Shown here: piece after piece, positions 17,163 through 26,573 of the stretch
Position numbering within the stretch: position 1 is the first letter of the stretch
Layout of the letters: every line of letters starts with the position of its first letter
Virus record (IMG/VR): IMGVR_UViG_3300022741_000089
Coordinates: 1-40,147 of that record
Source of the DNA: a virus
Lineage: Duplodnaviria > Caudoviricetes
Strand: one strand, 5' to 3'
DNA: 40,147 nt
The notes under the pieces: generated by a model
What the model saw: only the letters and a program-made list of their open reading frames with translations
The model's database searches: none
Told to the model about the DNA's origin: nothing
Made by a program: the position numbers and the translations under genes

Positions 17163-18092
17163 TCAGTTGGCGACGGCGTTCTCGAAGAAGTAGCCGAGGT
17201 CACGAGCAGTGATCAGTTCCTTGACCGACTCACCCACCCGCACCCGCTGTCCGCCGCGCAGGCCAATATCGCCGTCGTACTGCGAGCCGCCGATGCGATC
17301 GCCCCATTGGGCGGTAAGACCAAACGTGGTACCGCTGCGGGTATCAGCCAGGCGGTCACGGTAAATGAAGGAAGCATGCGGCCCCCACACACGCGCCAGA
17401 TTGGCGGCCTGACCAGGGCGTGCAATGTTGAGTCGGGCTTCACCGATGTAGATGGCCTCCAGCTCCAGGAGGTCAGCCAGGAACTGCGTGGGCACCATGC
17501 CTTCATCGCCCAAGTTACCGTTATAGGACTTGACTACCTTCGGATGACGACGCAGCCATGTGAAGGTACGACGGCCCAGCACACCGATGTTCGGGCGCAT
17601 CACCACACTGTCGAGTGCATCAGTGATAGTTGGGATCGGGTTGCTATCCGGGTCACTCCATTGGCTGGAACCACTGAGAGTGGTGCGATTGCCAGCGGCA
17701 TAGCTGCCGTTGTTGAAAACAGCATTGGCGCAACGCAGCTCACGATCCAAGAGGATCAAGTTAGCGGTCTGCTCCGCAGCTTTGCCCAACGGATCATGAT
17801 TGGCGGGCGCGTTCTCGATGTCAGCTTGTGGAACCGACGAATCGAGACCGTAATCTTCGGTGCTGGACGTTTCATCGGTTGCCGAAAACTCGACTTGGTT
17901 TGGCGCTGACTTACGCCCGACCTTGGTATCCGGCACGGTGAAGCCTTCACGCAGGTCGTACTTCCAGTACTTGAACTCCTGCTTTCCAACCGGCACACGC
18001 GGCAGGACGTCATCCGCGATCATGCGCCCATTGCGATAGGCGATGGCGATCGCCGTCAGCTCGGGAGTAATCGGAAACGGTGCATTGCTCAT
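17163..18092 (-). CDS. Major capsid protein
   Basis: Start MSNAPFPITPELTAIAIAY with AAGGAG SD; IADDVLPRVPV, QWSDPDSNPI, GYFFENAV; follows protease and cement genes. Confidence 0.88.
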   Translation of the reverse strand: MSNAPFPITPELTAIAIAYRNGRMIADDVLPRVPVGKQEFKYWKYDLREGFTVPDTKVGRKSAPNQVEFSATDETSSTEDYGLDSSVPQADIENAPANHDPLGKAAEQTANLILLDRELRCANAVFNNGSYAAGNRTTLSGSSQWSDPDSNPIPTITDALDSVVMRPNIGVLGRRTFTWLRRHPKVVKSYNGNLGDEGMVPTQFLADLLELEAIYIGEARLNIARPGQAANLARVWGPHASFIYRDRLADTRSGTTFGLTAQWGDRIGGSQYDGDIGLRGGQRVRVGESVKELITARDLGYFFENAVAN

Positions 18093-18102
18093 GTGGTGCT
18101 CC

Positions 18103-18483
18103 TTATGCGGACAGGGCCAGCAAAGCCGGCGCGATTTGGGCGGAACCGATATCGCCCAGCACACCGCTCACCTCGGCGAAACCGATGATGTAGGTGTTGG
18201 CTGCGATCGGCAGGGTGACGGCGATGGCTCGGCCGCTGGCGTCCGCAGTCAGCGGATTCCCACGGGCCACGGTGCCGCCGTACTCCACTGGCGCCAGGCC
18301 GGAGCGGATGGCATCGACAATGGCGCCGGAAGCGGTGTCGATATCGGTGCTGACGCCCAGCAGGCGCGCGGTGCCGGCAGCAGCTTGGATGGCCACGCCA
18401 TCAGCAGTGCCATCGGTGAGGATGCGGCGCTTGGTAATCGCGCCACCGGCGCGGAACGCGCTCGTGAGTCCTGGAATGTTCAT
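18103..18483 (-). CDS. Capsid cement/decoration protein (DUF2190-like)
   Basis: 126 aa Gly/Ala-rich; VEYGGTVARGNPLTADASGRAI. Confidence 0.8.
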   Translation of the reverse strand: MNIPGLTSAFRAGGAITKRRILTDGTADGVAIQAAAGTARLLGVSTDIDTASGAIVDAIRSGLAPVEYGGTVARGNPLTADASGRAIAVTLPIAANTYIIGFAEVSGVLGDIGSAQIAPALLALSA

Positions 18484-18486
18484 GGG

Positions 18487-19722
18487 TTAACGCACCCCTT
18501 TGGTGACATGGCTAACCGCCTGGCTGATGCTGATTTCGCGACCAGCCTGGCGTTGCTCGGTTTGATAGGCCGTTGCCTTGGCGGCAATGGCGTTGGCGTC
18601 GTCGACATCGAGGTCGCGCCCGGTGGAGCGGCTCTTCTCGGCGAAGTCCACCTGCGGCGGCAGGCTCTCGAAGAGGTCGCGCAGTACTTCCTCGCCACCC
18701 TTGCTCACCTGCTGGTCGCCCTCGGCGAACTCCAGCGGCGCCGATGGCAGGCTGAGGATCAGCTCGACCATCTCCTGTTTCTGGCGCGGCAGCAGCTTGC
18801 CCTGGGCCACCAGGCCCTCAGCGAACTCGGTCGCGGCGGTGCGTTTCTCTTCGGCTGCACGCTCGGCGATCTTCGCCTCGGCGCTAGCCACGTTCTGCTC
18901 GCGCTCTGCGAGCTTCTGTTCGCGTTCTTCAGGGGACATGCTCGGTTCCTGCTGGGTGGTTTTATCGAGCACGTCGGCATCTGCCGCCGACGTGGCCTTG
19001 CCACCTCCTGGGGAGGCGTTGTCGGGCTCGACCCCAGCGGCGGCAGATGCCGCTGCGGCTTCAGCGCCAGCTTCGGTGGGTTGTTCGGAGAATGCGGCGA
19101 AGGGGCCGGCGTCCTTCTTGTCGTCGGCGCGGCGGCGGGCGTCCTCTTCGATGCTCTGCAGCTGCCAGTTGGGGATCAGCTGATCGGCACGCTCGGCGCC
19201 CTCGCGCTCGACGAAGTAATCGCGCATGCGCCGTAGGATGTCGGTGAGCCCCGTCAGGGCGTAGGGCGGCTCGGCGAACTCCAGGGCCAGGCCACCATCG
19301 TCCTCGGCGAAGCTCAGCTCCGCATCCGGGATGCCCTTGATGGCGGGCGGCATGGCGCCGAGGAAGCCGATATGACGCAGGTAGTGTTTGCCCGGTACCG
19401 GGTTGCCCGGCGAGTCCGGCAGGTACACCGAGGCCGAGCGCTTCTTGTACATCTTGCGGTTGGCCGCTTCGGCGAACTCGGGCACCACCTGGTGCGGCTC
19501 GGCGAACAGCATGCCGTCGCGCATCTCCAGACTCTTCGCCCAGCCATAGGCGGGGCCATTGAGTTTCGGGTGACCAATGACGAGGGGCGCCTCGTGCAGG
19601 GCGGGATCGTAGGTCTCGACGATCTCCTGCAGGATGGCCTCGGTAAATTCCACCGGGCGGCCGTCGAGAGCGGTGTGACGACCGGCGGGTAGAATGGGCA
19701 GCGTTGCGGTTGGCTTGTTCAT
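18487..19722 (-). CDS. Mu gpI-like prohead protease/scaffold
   Basis: YDPALHEAPLVIGHP, AYGW, YKKRSAS, YLRHIGFLGAMPPAIKG; coiled-coil C-terminus. Confidence 0.88.
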   Translation of the reverse strand: MNKPTATLPILPAGRHTALDGRPVEFTEAILQEIVETYDPALHEAPLVIGHPKLNGPAYGWAKSLEMRDGMLFAEPHQVVPEFAEAANRKMYKKRSASVYLPDSPGNPVPGKHYLRHIGFLGAMPPAIKGIPDAELSFAEDDGGLALEFAEPPYALTGLTDILRRMRDYFVEREGAERADQLIPNWQLQSIEEDARRRADDKKDAGPFAAFSEQPTEAGAEAAAASAAAGVEPDNASPGGGKATSAADADVLDKTTQQEPSMSPEEREQKLAEREQNVASAEAKIAERAAEEKRTAATEFAEGLVAQGKLLPRQKQEMVELILSLPSAPLEFAEGDQQVSKGGEEVLRDLFESLPPQVDFAEKSRSTGRDLDVDDANAIAAKATAYQTEQRQAGREISISQAVSHVTKGVR

Positions 19723-19756
19723 AACGCCGAGGATGGCGCGCGACCCTGGGCAGGTC

Positions 19757-19774
19757 TTATGAACCGGGGCAAAG
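19757..19774 (-). promoter_or_regulatory. Putative late-promoter activator box upstream of head operon
   Basis: TTATGAACCGGGGCAAAG 35 bp upstream of protease ATG. Confidence 0.65.
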
Positions 19775-19962
19775 CGTTTGGAGGGATGACCGAACGGCCT
19801 TTTCTACGAAAACACGGCAAGGGTGTCGCTGGCAATGCCTTGGTACGTGTTTATAAACGCCCAAAACGGCCGCCCAGGGGCGACGCTCGACGCGCAGGGT
19901 ACAACGCCAGCACCAAAACGCCCCGCAGGGCCTCCTGGCGCGTTTCTGGCGGTTTTAGATTT

Positions 19963-20523
19963 TCACCCAGCGAACTGCCCGACATAGCGCAACACGCGCT
20001 GCAGGATCTGCTCGTCGTCTTCTGCGGATGTACCCAGCCATGGCCGTGCCGGCATGTTGATCGTGTACGGGCCGACCTTCACGTCCTGGGCGAAGTTGCT
20101 CTTGTCCCGGCGCACGAACTGGCGACCGATCGCACCATCCTTGCCCTGGCGGAAGTACACCGTCGAGGTGCTGGCCTGGCGCTCAATCTTGCCGCCGAAG
20201 TGGTGGATGGCCGCATAGGGCCTGTCACTGCCGAACAGCAGCTCATCACCGTTGACCTGGTAGCGCAGCAGGCCACGCAGGTTGCCGTCCAAGGTGAGGA
20301 TCTTGTCCTTGTTCTTGCGCTTGCGCTTCTGGTAGCCGGGGCGCAATGCCTGCCAGGCCGTGCCATCTGGCGATACCTGGGCGCGGAACCGGCGCTGGTG
20401 GATGATCAGTAGCAGCTCGCCGATATCGCGCTGCAGCGGAGACGGGTCGGCCAGCGCGGCGCCCATGGCCTGCAGCTCGCGCAGCGTATCGCGGGCGACA
20501 TACTCCAGCGTGATGCCGGCCAT
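19963..20523 (-). CDS. Virion morphogenesis protein, Mu gpG family
   Basis: RFRAQVSPDGTAWQAL, YAAIHHFGG, MPARPWLG. Confidence 0.9.
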   Translation of the reverse strand: MAGITLEYVARDTLRELQAMGAALADPSPLQRDIGELLLIIHQRRFRAQVSPDGTAWQALRPGYQKRKRKNKDKILTLDGNLRGLLRYQVNGDELLFGSDRPYAAIHHFGGKIERQASTSTVYFRQGKDGAIGRQFVRRDKSNFAQDVKVGPYTINMPARPWLGTSAEDDEQILQRVLRYVGQFAG

Positions 20524-21737
20524 CAGAGCCGTCCGTCCAGCAGCTGCAGCGCACCCGTTGCCACATCGCTCGCCAGATCCACGGTGGCTACCGTAGCCGC
20601 ACCCACAACGCTGGGCCCGGTGGTGGCCACCGCCACACGCACCACTTCACGCTGCGCGGTACCGCTGGTACCGGCCACGTACAGCAGCAACTGTCGCACG
20701 GGATCGAGCAGCACCGCTGCAGGGCGCGCCAGGATGCTCGGCAGTCGGGTCAAGGTGGCGCGGGTCACACCGGCCGCAGCGTCCTGCAGCAGGCTGCGGG
20801 CGAACTCGGTACCGGCACGTACCAGCGGGCTCTGCAGCTCGACCAGCGCCACCGTTGCCTCGGTCACGACCGGCGCCAGTGAGCCGATCACCATCTGCCG
20901 ATCGACGACCGGGCCAGTGCTCCTGGTGGCGACATCGAGCAGCTTCGACCAGTCGTCACGCATGGCCGCCGTTACGGCTGGCCGTTCAAGCAACTGCTCG
21001 TTCATCCGCGCGGCCGGCTCGGCCGGGAGCTTGGTGGTCTTCTCCAGGGCGCCTTGCACCTGCTGCTCGAACGTACTGCGACCAGGCGCATAGCCCCAAC
21101 CGGGGTCGATGCCGTCTGGTACCTGCACCACCTGACCCTTGAACACGATGCTGCGCATGTTGCTCTCGGGCGCCTCATCCGGGCCGCTCTTGCCCAGGTA
21201 CCGCTGCAGCTCATCCAGGCTGTACGCGGTGACGAAGCAACAGCAGCCCCAGCCATTCGGCGGGTAATGCCATTGCCACCATGGGTTGTCGGCGTGAATG
21301 GCCATGCTGTCCCACAGTAGGTGCAGCTCGCGCGGCGTCTCCACCGCGTCGCTGTGGTTGTAGACCCAGAACGGTCGCTCAGCCTTCACCGCCTGCAGCT
21401 GGGCGTAGCGCCCGGCTGCGTAGCTTGTGCGCAGATTGGTCTCGTAGATCACCCGTGCGCGCCACTCACGCCCGCCATCCGGCTCCCAGCCGTAGTTGTC
21501 CAGGACGGCGAAGTAGTCCTCGCGGAAGTCCTGCAGGGTCGTGCCGTCGTCGATCGCACGGCTGATGATCGCGTGCAGATCCGCGACCAGGTCGACGCGA
21601 TGTGCTCCGGCACTGACGAAGCCCTGGTCATTCGCGGCGCCCTGGACCCGCCAGTACTCCGCCACGGGCTGCTTGGCCCGCATGAAGTCGATCTGCTCGC
21701 GGAACGACAGGCTGCCGTAGCTGGCGGCGGTGGCCAT
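20523..21737 (-). CDS. MuF (Mu gp30) minor head protein with C-terminal extension
   Basis: RARVIYETNLRTSYAAGRY, HYPPNGWGCCC, GIDPGWGYAPG. Confidence 0.88.
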   Translation of the reverse strand: MATAASYGSLSFREQIDFMRAKQPVAEYWRVQGAANDQGFVSAGAHRVDLVADLHAIISRAIDDGTTLQDFREDYFAVLDNYGWEPDGGREWRARVIYETNLRTSYAAGRYAQLQAVKAERPFWVYNHSDAVETPRELHLLWDSMAIHADNPWWQWHYPPNGWGCCCFVTAYSLDELQRYLGKSGPDEAPESNMRSIVFKGQVVQVPDGIDPGWGYAPGRSTFEQQVQGALEKTTKLPAEPAARMNEQLLERPAVTAAMRDDWSKLLDVATRSTGPVVDRQMVIGSLAPVVTEATVALVELQSPLVRAGTEFARSLLQDAAAGVTRATLTRLPSILARPAAVLLDPVRQLLLYVAGTSGTAQREVVRVAVATTGPSVVGAATVATVDLASDVATGALQLLDGRL

Positions 21738-23200
21738 CAGGCGTTACCTCGGGCCGCCAGCTCGTCCTGGACGTCGTTGCGTCCAGCCAGGTTTGCAGCC
21801 TCAAGGGCCAGGCCCATCGCTGCAGCGTACTCATCCATGCCCAGCTCAGGCGCAGCGGCCAGCAGCTTCTCGCGCAGATCCTCGACGCTGGTGGCGCTCT
21901 CGAAGATCTCCTGCAGGCGGGCACCCCAGCCACCAACAGCCGCTCGCAGATCCTGCGCCAGGCGTGGCGCCATGGCTGCAGCCGGGTCGCGCGGGGTCTT
22001 GCCCTCGGCGAACTCGGCCGCAGGCGGCTGGGCGCCGTTGGGCTGTGCCTGCTCCTGCAGCTCGATGCCGTAGGTCTCCTGCACGTAGCCCAGGGTTGGC
22101 TTGTAGCCAGTCATGCGCGAGACCTTCTCGTCGCGGCTGGCGCGTGCGTCCATATCCTCGGGCTCTTCGACTACGCGGTATACGCGCGGCGGCATCGCAT
22201 CCGGGAAGTTCCAGGCGGTCAGCCAGCGGGCCGGGCCCATGTTGAAGCTCTCGCACACCAGGTCGGCATCGGCCTTGATCAGATCAAGGCGCACGTCGCC
22301 CTGCAGCTCATCGTTGCCCAGTCGCCCCGGCGTGCCCTGGCTGCTGGCAGTCTGGCCCAGCACCACCTTGGCGATAGCTGCATCCCAGGTGTCATGGTTG
22401 GCCTGGTAATCGGCGGAGCCGGAGCGCCCTGCAGACAGCAGCTCGATCAGCATGCCCTCTGGAACGATGATGCCCGAGTCGGCCTGGATGGCATGCACGG
22501 CCTGCAGCAGCTTGGTCTGCTCATCGGGCGTGGCGTTCTTGCCGTAGGTGCCCTTGGCCGTGGGCATGCCGAACTTCTCCAGGAAGATCATCCAGAACTT
22601 GATGCCATTGCGCTTGAAGAACACCGGCCAATACAACCAGTGCGCCAGGCCCAGGCCATACGGCTCGTCGTCGTTGTCGGCGCCAGTGCTGAAGTGCCAG
22701 AAGTACGGAGCCGGAGCCGGCTCGCCCAGCGTCATGTTGTTCGGCGTCAGCAGGCGCAGCGCGCCGTCCTGGTCGTAGCGGAAGCGGCGGCGATTGCGCA
22801 CCTTGATCGCGTCCAGGGTGATGTAGCGGTCGTCTCGGCCATAAATCATCTCGGCCACGGCATAGCCGTAGTACACGCCGAACAGCATCTTCTTGGTCAC
22901 ATTGTCCCAGCCGACGTTGTGCAGCTGCTGCTCCAGGAACTCGGCGGCCAGCTTGTCGACCGGCCGATCACCGCCGGCATCGATCTTGAACTCCTTGCTC
23001 ACCACGGCCAGTTGGCGTTGCTGCCAGACGCTCTTCACCTGCCAGTCGCTGAACACCTGCTCATAGACCTTGAGGTCATTGCCGCCACGTGCCTGCAGCA
23101 CGCTGTCATTCGGCTGCTGCAGGCCACTCATGAACGGCTTGGTGATGTCTCGACCGTCACCCGTGGTGGCGATCTCCTGGTGAAGCTTGGGCTTTTGCAT
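21737..23200 (-). CDS. Portal protein (Mu gp29 / DUF935)
   Basis: YGYAVAEM, PYGLGL, FLEKFGMP, IAKVVLGQT; follows terminase. Confidence 0.9.
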   Translation of the reverse strand: MQKPKLHQEIATTGDGRDITKPFMSGLQQPNDSVLQARGGNDLKVYEQVFSDWQVKSVWQQRQLAVVSKEFKIDAGGDRPVDKLAAEFLEQQLHNVGWDNVTKKMLFGVYYGYAVAEMIYGRDDRYITLDAIKVRNRRRFRYDQDGALRLLTPNNMTLGEPAPAPYFWHFSTGADNDDEPYGLGLAHWLYWPVFFKRNGIKFWMIFLEKFGMPTAKGTYGKNATPDEQTKLLQAVHAIQADSGIIVPEGMLIELLSAGRSGSADYQANHDTWDAAIAKVVLGQTASSQGTPGRLGNDELQGDVRLDLIKADADLVCESFNMGPARWLTAWNFPDAMPPRVYRVVEEPEDMDARASRDEKVSRMTGYKPTLGYVQETYGIELQEQAQPNGAQPPAAEFAEGKTPRDPAAAMAPRLAQDLRAAVGGWGARLQEIFESATSVEDLREKLLAAAPELGMDEYAAAMGLALEAANLAGRNDVQDELAARGNA

Positions 23201-24663
23201 CAGAAGCCTCCGAAGTCATTGCCGCCGCGCACGGTGCCAAAGCCACGCGTGGTGCTCTGGCCGGCGGGGCTGCTGGTAAAGGTGTTGCCGGCCAGAGCGC
23301 GGGTGCCGGTTGATTGGTAGTCGATCGGGATGGCCACCAACTGCGAGGCGGCATGAATCGCCAGGCCGAGCGCCCAGAACTCGTCCGCGTGGCCGTCCGG
23401 TGTGCGCTCGGCGGTAAAGCGCACATTCCCTGCGGTCGTGACCTGCTTGGTAACCAGGCGCAGGTCTGCGCGGGTCTTAGGGTCGGACGGGATGCGGATC
23501 TTCCGGTCTTCCATGTGCCCCCGGATCGGGTAGGCCAGCGCCTCTTTCACGTGCGGAGTGAACACCACAGGCTCAACACGGTACTGACCGAACTCATCCT
23601 GGGCGTCATCCGCCCAGCCGATGCCCAGGCCAGTGGCGTCGATGCAGATCCGCTCGCAGCGACGGAACCAGGGCCACAGAATCGCTTCCTGGGCGGACTT
23701 GCGCATGTTCTGCAGGCGCTCGACGTGGCGGGTGTAGAGCACGTCGCCGAGCAGCTCGACTACCCACAGCACAGTGAGGTCTTTCTTGCGGCCGATATCG
23801 ACGCCGCAGAACAGCCGGCCGCCCTCGATCTGCTGCCAGTTGGCATCGCCAGGGTACTCGGCCGAGGCGATCAGGTCGTACTCCAGGAAGGCCACATCGT
23901 CGTCGGCCGGGTTGCACATGTACTCCTGCTGGAACGACTCCTCATCCGCGCAGCCGGCGCGCACGAAGTCGAAGTAGGCGGCCTCGTCCATATCCTGACG
24001 CGGGTCGTCAGCGGCCAGCATCTGCTGGAGCTTGAACAGGAAGCCTTCATCCAGCGCGTTCTGGAGGGTTACGGTGTGAAGGCTGATGTTCTTCGGATTG
24101 CCGTTCTCCTTGATCTCTCGCACCAGCTGGTTGAAGAAGTTGTTGCTGCCGCGATGGGTCGACACCAGCTCCATGCTGCCGCCCCAGGTGATGCCGGGAT
24201 AGGCGATCGCCCACAGCTGGCGGTTGTCCTTGTTCAGCGCGAACTCGTCCAGGATACGGCCACCACGCTTACCAGCCTGGGCGTCCGGGTTGCTCGACAT
24301 GCTGTGAATACGGCGCCCGCTGGCGAATTCCAGCACGTAGGCCGAGACCTTCGACTTCTCGTCGACCACTACCTCGCCGAGATCCTTGGCGGCCAGGTTC
24401 ATGATCTTCGCCCACATCTTGCAGTCTTCAATGAACAGCTTGGCCTGCAGGTCATCCCGGCTGCTCACCCACTGATCATAGCGAGCGCCCGCCGCCGCCG
24501 TACGCTCCACGGCGGCGTACGCCGTCGACCAAGAGATACCAATCTGACGGGACTTCTCCATCAACTTCAGGCGGCTGTTATCCGTGATCCAGCGGCTCTG
24601 AAACGGTATGAAGATCGCCTCCGGGTTGTCCGGGATGATTTTGGCGTTGCCCTTGTACGTCAT
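23200..24663 (-). CDS. terL: Terminase large subunit (Mu gp28-like)
   Basis: KSRQIGISW, ILDEFA, FQQEYMC, GVDIGRKKD, HADEFWALGLA. Confidence 0.93.
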   Translation of the reverse strand: MTYKGNAKIIPDNPEAIFIPFQSRWITDNSRLKLMEKSRQIGISWSTAYAAVERTAAAGARYDQWVSSRDDLQAKLFIEDCKMWAKIMNLAAKDLGEVVVDEKSKVSAYVLEFASGRRIHSMSSNPDAQAGKRGGRILDEFALNKDNRQLWAIAYPGITWGGSMELVSTHRGSNNFFNQLVREIKENGNPKNISLHTVTLQNALDEGFLFKLQQMLAADDPRQDMDEAAYFDFVRAGCADEESFQQEYMCNPADDDVAFLEYDLIASAEYPGDANWQQIEGGRLFCGVDIGRKKDLTVLWVVELLGDVLYTRHVERLQNMRKSAQEAILWPWFRRCERICIDATGLGIGWADDAQDEFGQYRVEPVVFTPHVKEALAYPIRGHMEDRKIRIPSDPKTRADLRLVTKQVTTAGNVRFTAERTPDGHADEFWALGLAIHAASQLVAIPIDYQSTGTRALAGNTFTSSPAGQSTTRGFGTVRGGNDFGGF

Positions 24664-25208
24664 GCCGTGATCCCCAGCGCTTCGCGGATGGCCTGCTTGG
24701 TTTCCTCGGTCACGCCGCCTTTGACCGGCATGGCAGCCAGGGCCGCTTTCTGCTCTTCGAGCAGCGCCTCACGGGCCTCGCGTGCGATTGCGGTGCGCTC
24801 CTCACGACTGGCCTTGCTTGCCTGCAGCACGTCCTTCGCCGCACGCGCCAGCTTGCGCACGTCGTCGATGGTGGTCTCGTCGTCGATCTGCGCGCCCAGG
24901 GCGGCGTGCGTGGTCAGCGTCTGGATCGACTGCACCATCAGCGCGCCGGCCTTGTCGTTCGGGTTCTCGCCCAGCTCCTCGACGAGCAGGCTGGCCATGG
25001 CCTGCTGCTCACGAAGCCGCTTGGCCATCTCGTCGAAGCTGACCTTGTAGCGCCCGATCGCCGAGCGACTGGGTTTGTCTGCAGACGGGAAACGCTCCTG
25101 CAGCTCGTCGATCAGTTCGTCCAGGGTGAGCCGGTTCTCGCGCAGCGCGCGCTCGATGTGCGAGCGCACATCCGGCTGCAGCTTGTCGATGCTCGACTTG
25201 CGGGGCAT
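24660..25208 (-). CDS. Terminase small subunit (Mu gp27 / DUF3486)
   Basis: MPRKSSIDKL, SRSAIGRY; directly upstream of terL. Confidence 0.85.
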   Translation of the reverse strand: MPRKSSIDKLQPDVRSHIERALRENRLTLDELIDELQERFPSADKPSRSAIGRYKVSFDEMAKRLREQQAMASLLVEELGENPNDKAGALMVQSIQTLTTHAALGAQIDDETTIDDVRKLARAAKDVLQASKASREERTAIAREAREALLEEQKAALAAMPVKGGVTEETKQAIREALGITA

Positions 25209-25211
25209 TGG

Positions 25212-25517
25212 TCAGCGCCCCGGCTTCGGCTTGCTGACACCCGGTACCGAGGCGCGGCCTTCAGCAACCTCACCGCCGCGTTCGGTCAGGGTTACGACCA
25301 GCACCGAGCCGATATCGTCGATCGTCAGCAGGCCCTGTTCGCCGAGCCAGGTCAGGTCACCCTTCACCTGGTCGCGTGACGGGTGGTGACCGTACCGCCC
25401 GAGCAGATTGGCCATGACAGAGGAGTTGGAGCTGTACTGCGGCAGCTCAGAGAGGATGCGCAGCATCACTAGGCGCTGATCCTCGCGGAGAAAGTCGGCG
25501 TATTGGTTGCTCATCAC
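25212..25517 (-). CDS. Mu gp26-like winged-helix protein
   Basis: EDQRLVMLRIL, DLTWLGEQGL, LTERG.EVAEGRA.VPGV. Confidence 0.82.
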   Translation of the reverse strand: MMSNQYADFLREDQRLVMLRILSELPQYSSNSSVMANLLGRYGHHPSRDQVKGDLTWLGEQGLLTIDDIGSVLVVTLTERGGEVAEGRASVPGVSKPKPGR

Positions 25518-25834
25518 TGCACCTTGCTGTTCAGGAGGTAGTCATTCATTCGTTCAAGGCTCAAGCGCAAAGGGCCAAGCTCTCTGGCCACTCCCTGCAT
25601 CTCTGCCTTCATGGCTTTCACGTCGCCAGCCAGCTCGGCGAACTGGCGAGCATCCGGCATGTGCTGCAGCTGCTGCTCCAGCACCAGGATGCGGTTGTCC
25701 TGGCTATTCAGCCGGGTAGCGAGCTGCTCGGCCTGTGCCTTGGAGCTGGCCCTGCGCGCCGTCAGCAGCGAAAACAGGCCCACCAAAACGGTGAACACGA
25801 ACTGGCCGAGGCGCAGCAGGTAGTCAAAATCCAT
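25514..25834 (-). CDS. Mu gp25-like (DUF2730) membrane-anchored coiled-coil protein
   Basis: N-terminal TM, LEQQLQHMP, ending DYLLN; position after spanins. Confidence 0.78.
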   Translation of the reverse strand: MDFDYLLRLGQFVFTVLVGLFSLLTARRASSKAQAEQLATRLNSQDNRILVLEQQLQHMPDARQFAELAGDVKAMKAEMQGVARELGPLRLSLERMNDYLLNSKVQ

Positions 25835-25835
25835 A

Positions 25836-26093
25836 TCAGCGCTTCTCCTGCAGGTAATTCACCAGGTCGACCAGGCGGCCTGCGCACTCGCCGTACTGGT
25901 CATAGAGTTCCTTGAGCGCCACTGCTGCTGCGTCAGCGCTGTTGTCGTGCGGTTCAACGGGCGGCGGGCATTGCCGCGCGTACTCCGCTGGCAGCGGCCT
26001 CGGCGGCTCGACTGCGCGCGTTGTCGAGCTGCTGCATGACGCCAGCATCGAACACGCAGCCAGCACGCTCAGACGCAGTAGTAGCGAGCGCAT
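25836..26093 (-). CDS. o-spanin (Rz1-like lipoprotein)
   Basis: Lipobox LASC, Pro-rich mature region, overlaps end of i-spanin. Confidence 0.8.
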   Translation of the reverse strand: MRSLLLRLSVLAACSMLASCSSSTTRAVEPPRPLPAEYARQCPPPVEPHDNSADAAAVALKELYDQYGECAGRLVDLVNYLQEKR

Positions 26094-26376
26094 GGTGGAT
26101 CTCCTTGGTGGTCTGTGCGTCCGCCTGACGGCGGGCGCTGATGGTCTTGCCCAGCTCCTGGCTGGCGGTGTTTGCGTCGGCGATCAGGCCCTTGGTGCTG
26201 TCGATCACGCCCTCCAGGGCGTCGAGCTGCGCCTGCTGGCACTCCTTCGCTGCAGCGGCCTTGCCCTCGGCGTAGCCCAGGTCATAGGCCGTGCTCGATC
26301 CAAGCAGCCAGCTCACTGCCAGCGCGATGCCCAGGGCGACCATGGCAACGAGTGCGATCACGATTCGGTTGATCAT
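25954..26376 (-). CDS. i-spanin (Rz-like)
   Basis: N-terminal TM followed by coiled coil; in lysis cassette. Confidence 0.8.
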   Translation of the reverse strand: MINRIVIALVAMVALGIALAVSWLLGSSTAYDLGYAEGKAAAAKECQQAQLDALEGVIDSTKGLIADANTASQELGKTISARRQADAQTTKEIHHALATTASERAGCVFDAGVMQQLDNARSRAAEAAASGVRAAMPAAR

Positions 26377-26573
26377 CGCCGCCCCTTACGCTTCAGCTTG
26401 CGGCGGACGTTGCGCGACAACGCCTGCTGCTCCAGCGGCCACAAGGTTGGCCGCCGAGCGCGGGGCGCGGGCGAAGCGAACAGCTCGCTGGCAGTGAGCC
26501 AGTTCCGGGAACACGCTGCAGGCGATGCGGATACGGTGAGCACGGTCAGCAAACAGAGGATCGGTAGTTTCAT
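26373..26573 (-). CDS. Small basic protein in lysis cassette
   Basis: MKLPILCLLTVLTV...SRNVRRKLKRKGRR, 66 aa; stop overlaps i-spanin start (ATGA). Confidence 0.55.
   Translation of the reverse strand: MKLPILCLLTVLTVSASPAACSRNWLTASELFASPAPRARRPTLWPLEQQALSRNVRRKLKRKGRR

Noticed and set aside
19723-19962. Possible anti-CRISPR (acr-aca1) locus between gpG and protease, where D3112-like phages carry one
   Set aside because: Only 240 bp with no convincing minus-strand ORF or HTH gene; contains a GTTTATAAAC palindrome (19849-19858) and the promoter box only
23314-25050. 578-aa plus-strand ORF (similarly 2836-4134, 18043-19236, 25912-27390 and minus-strand 35481-36755)
   Set aside because: Antisense shadows of well-supported phage genes; no SD or domain features
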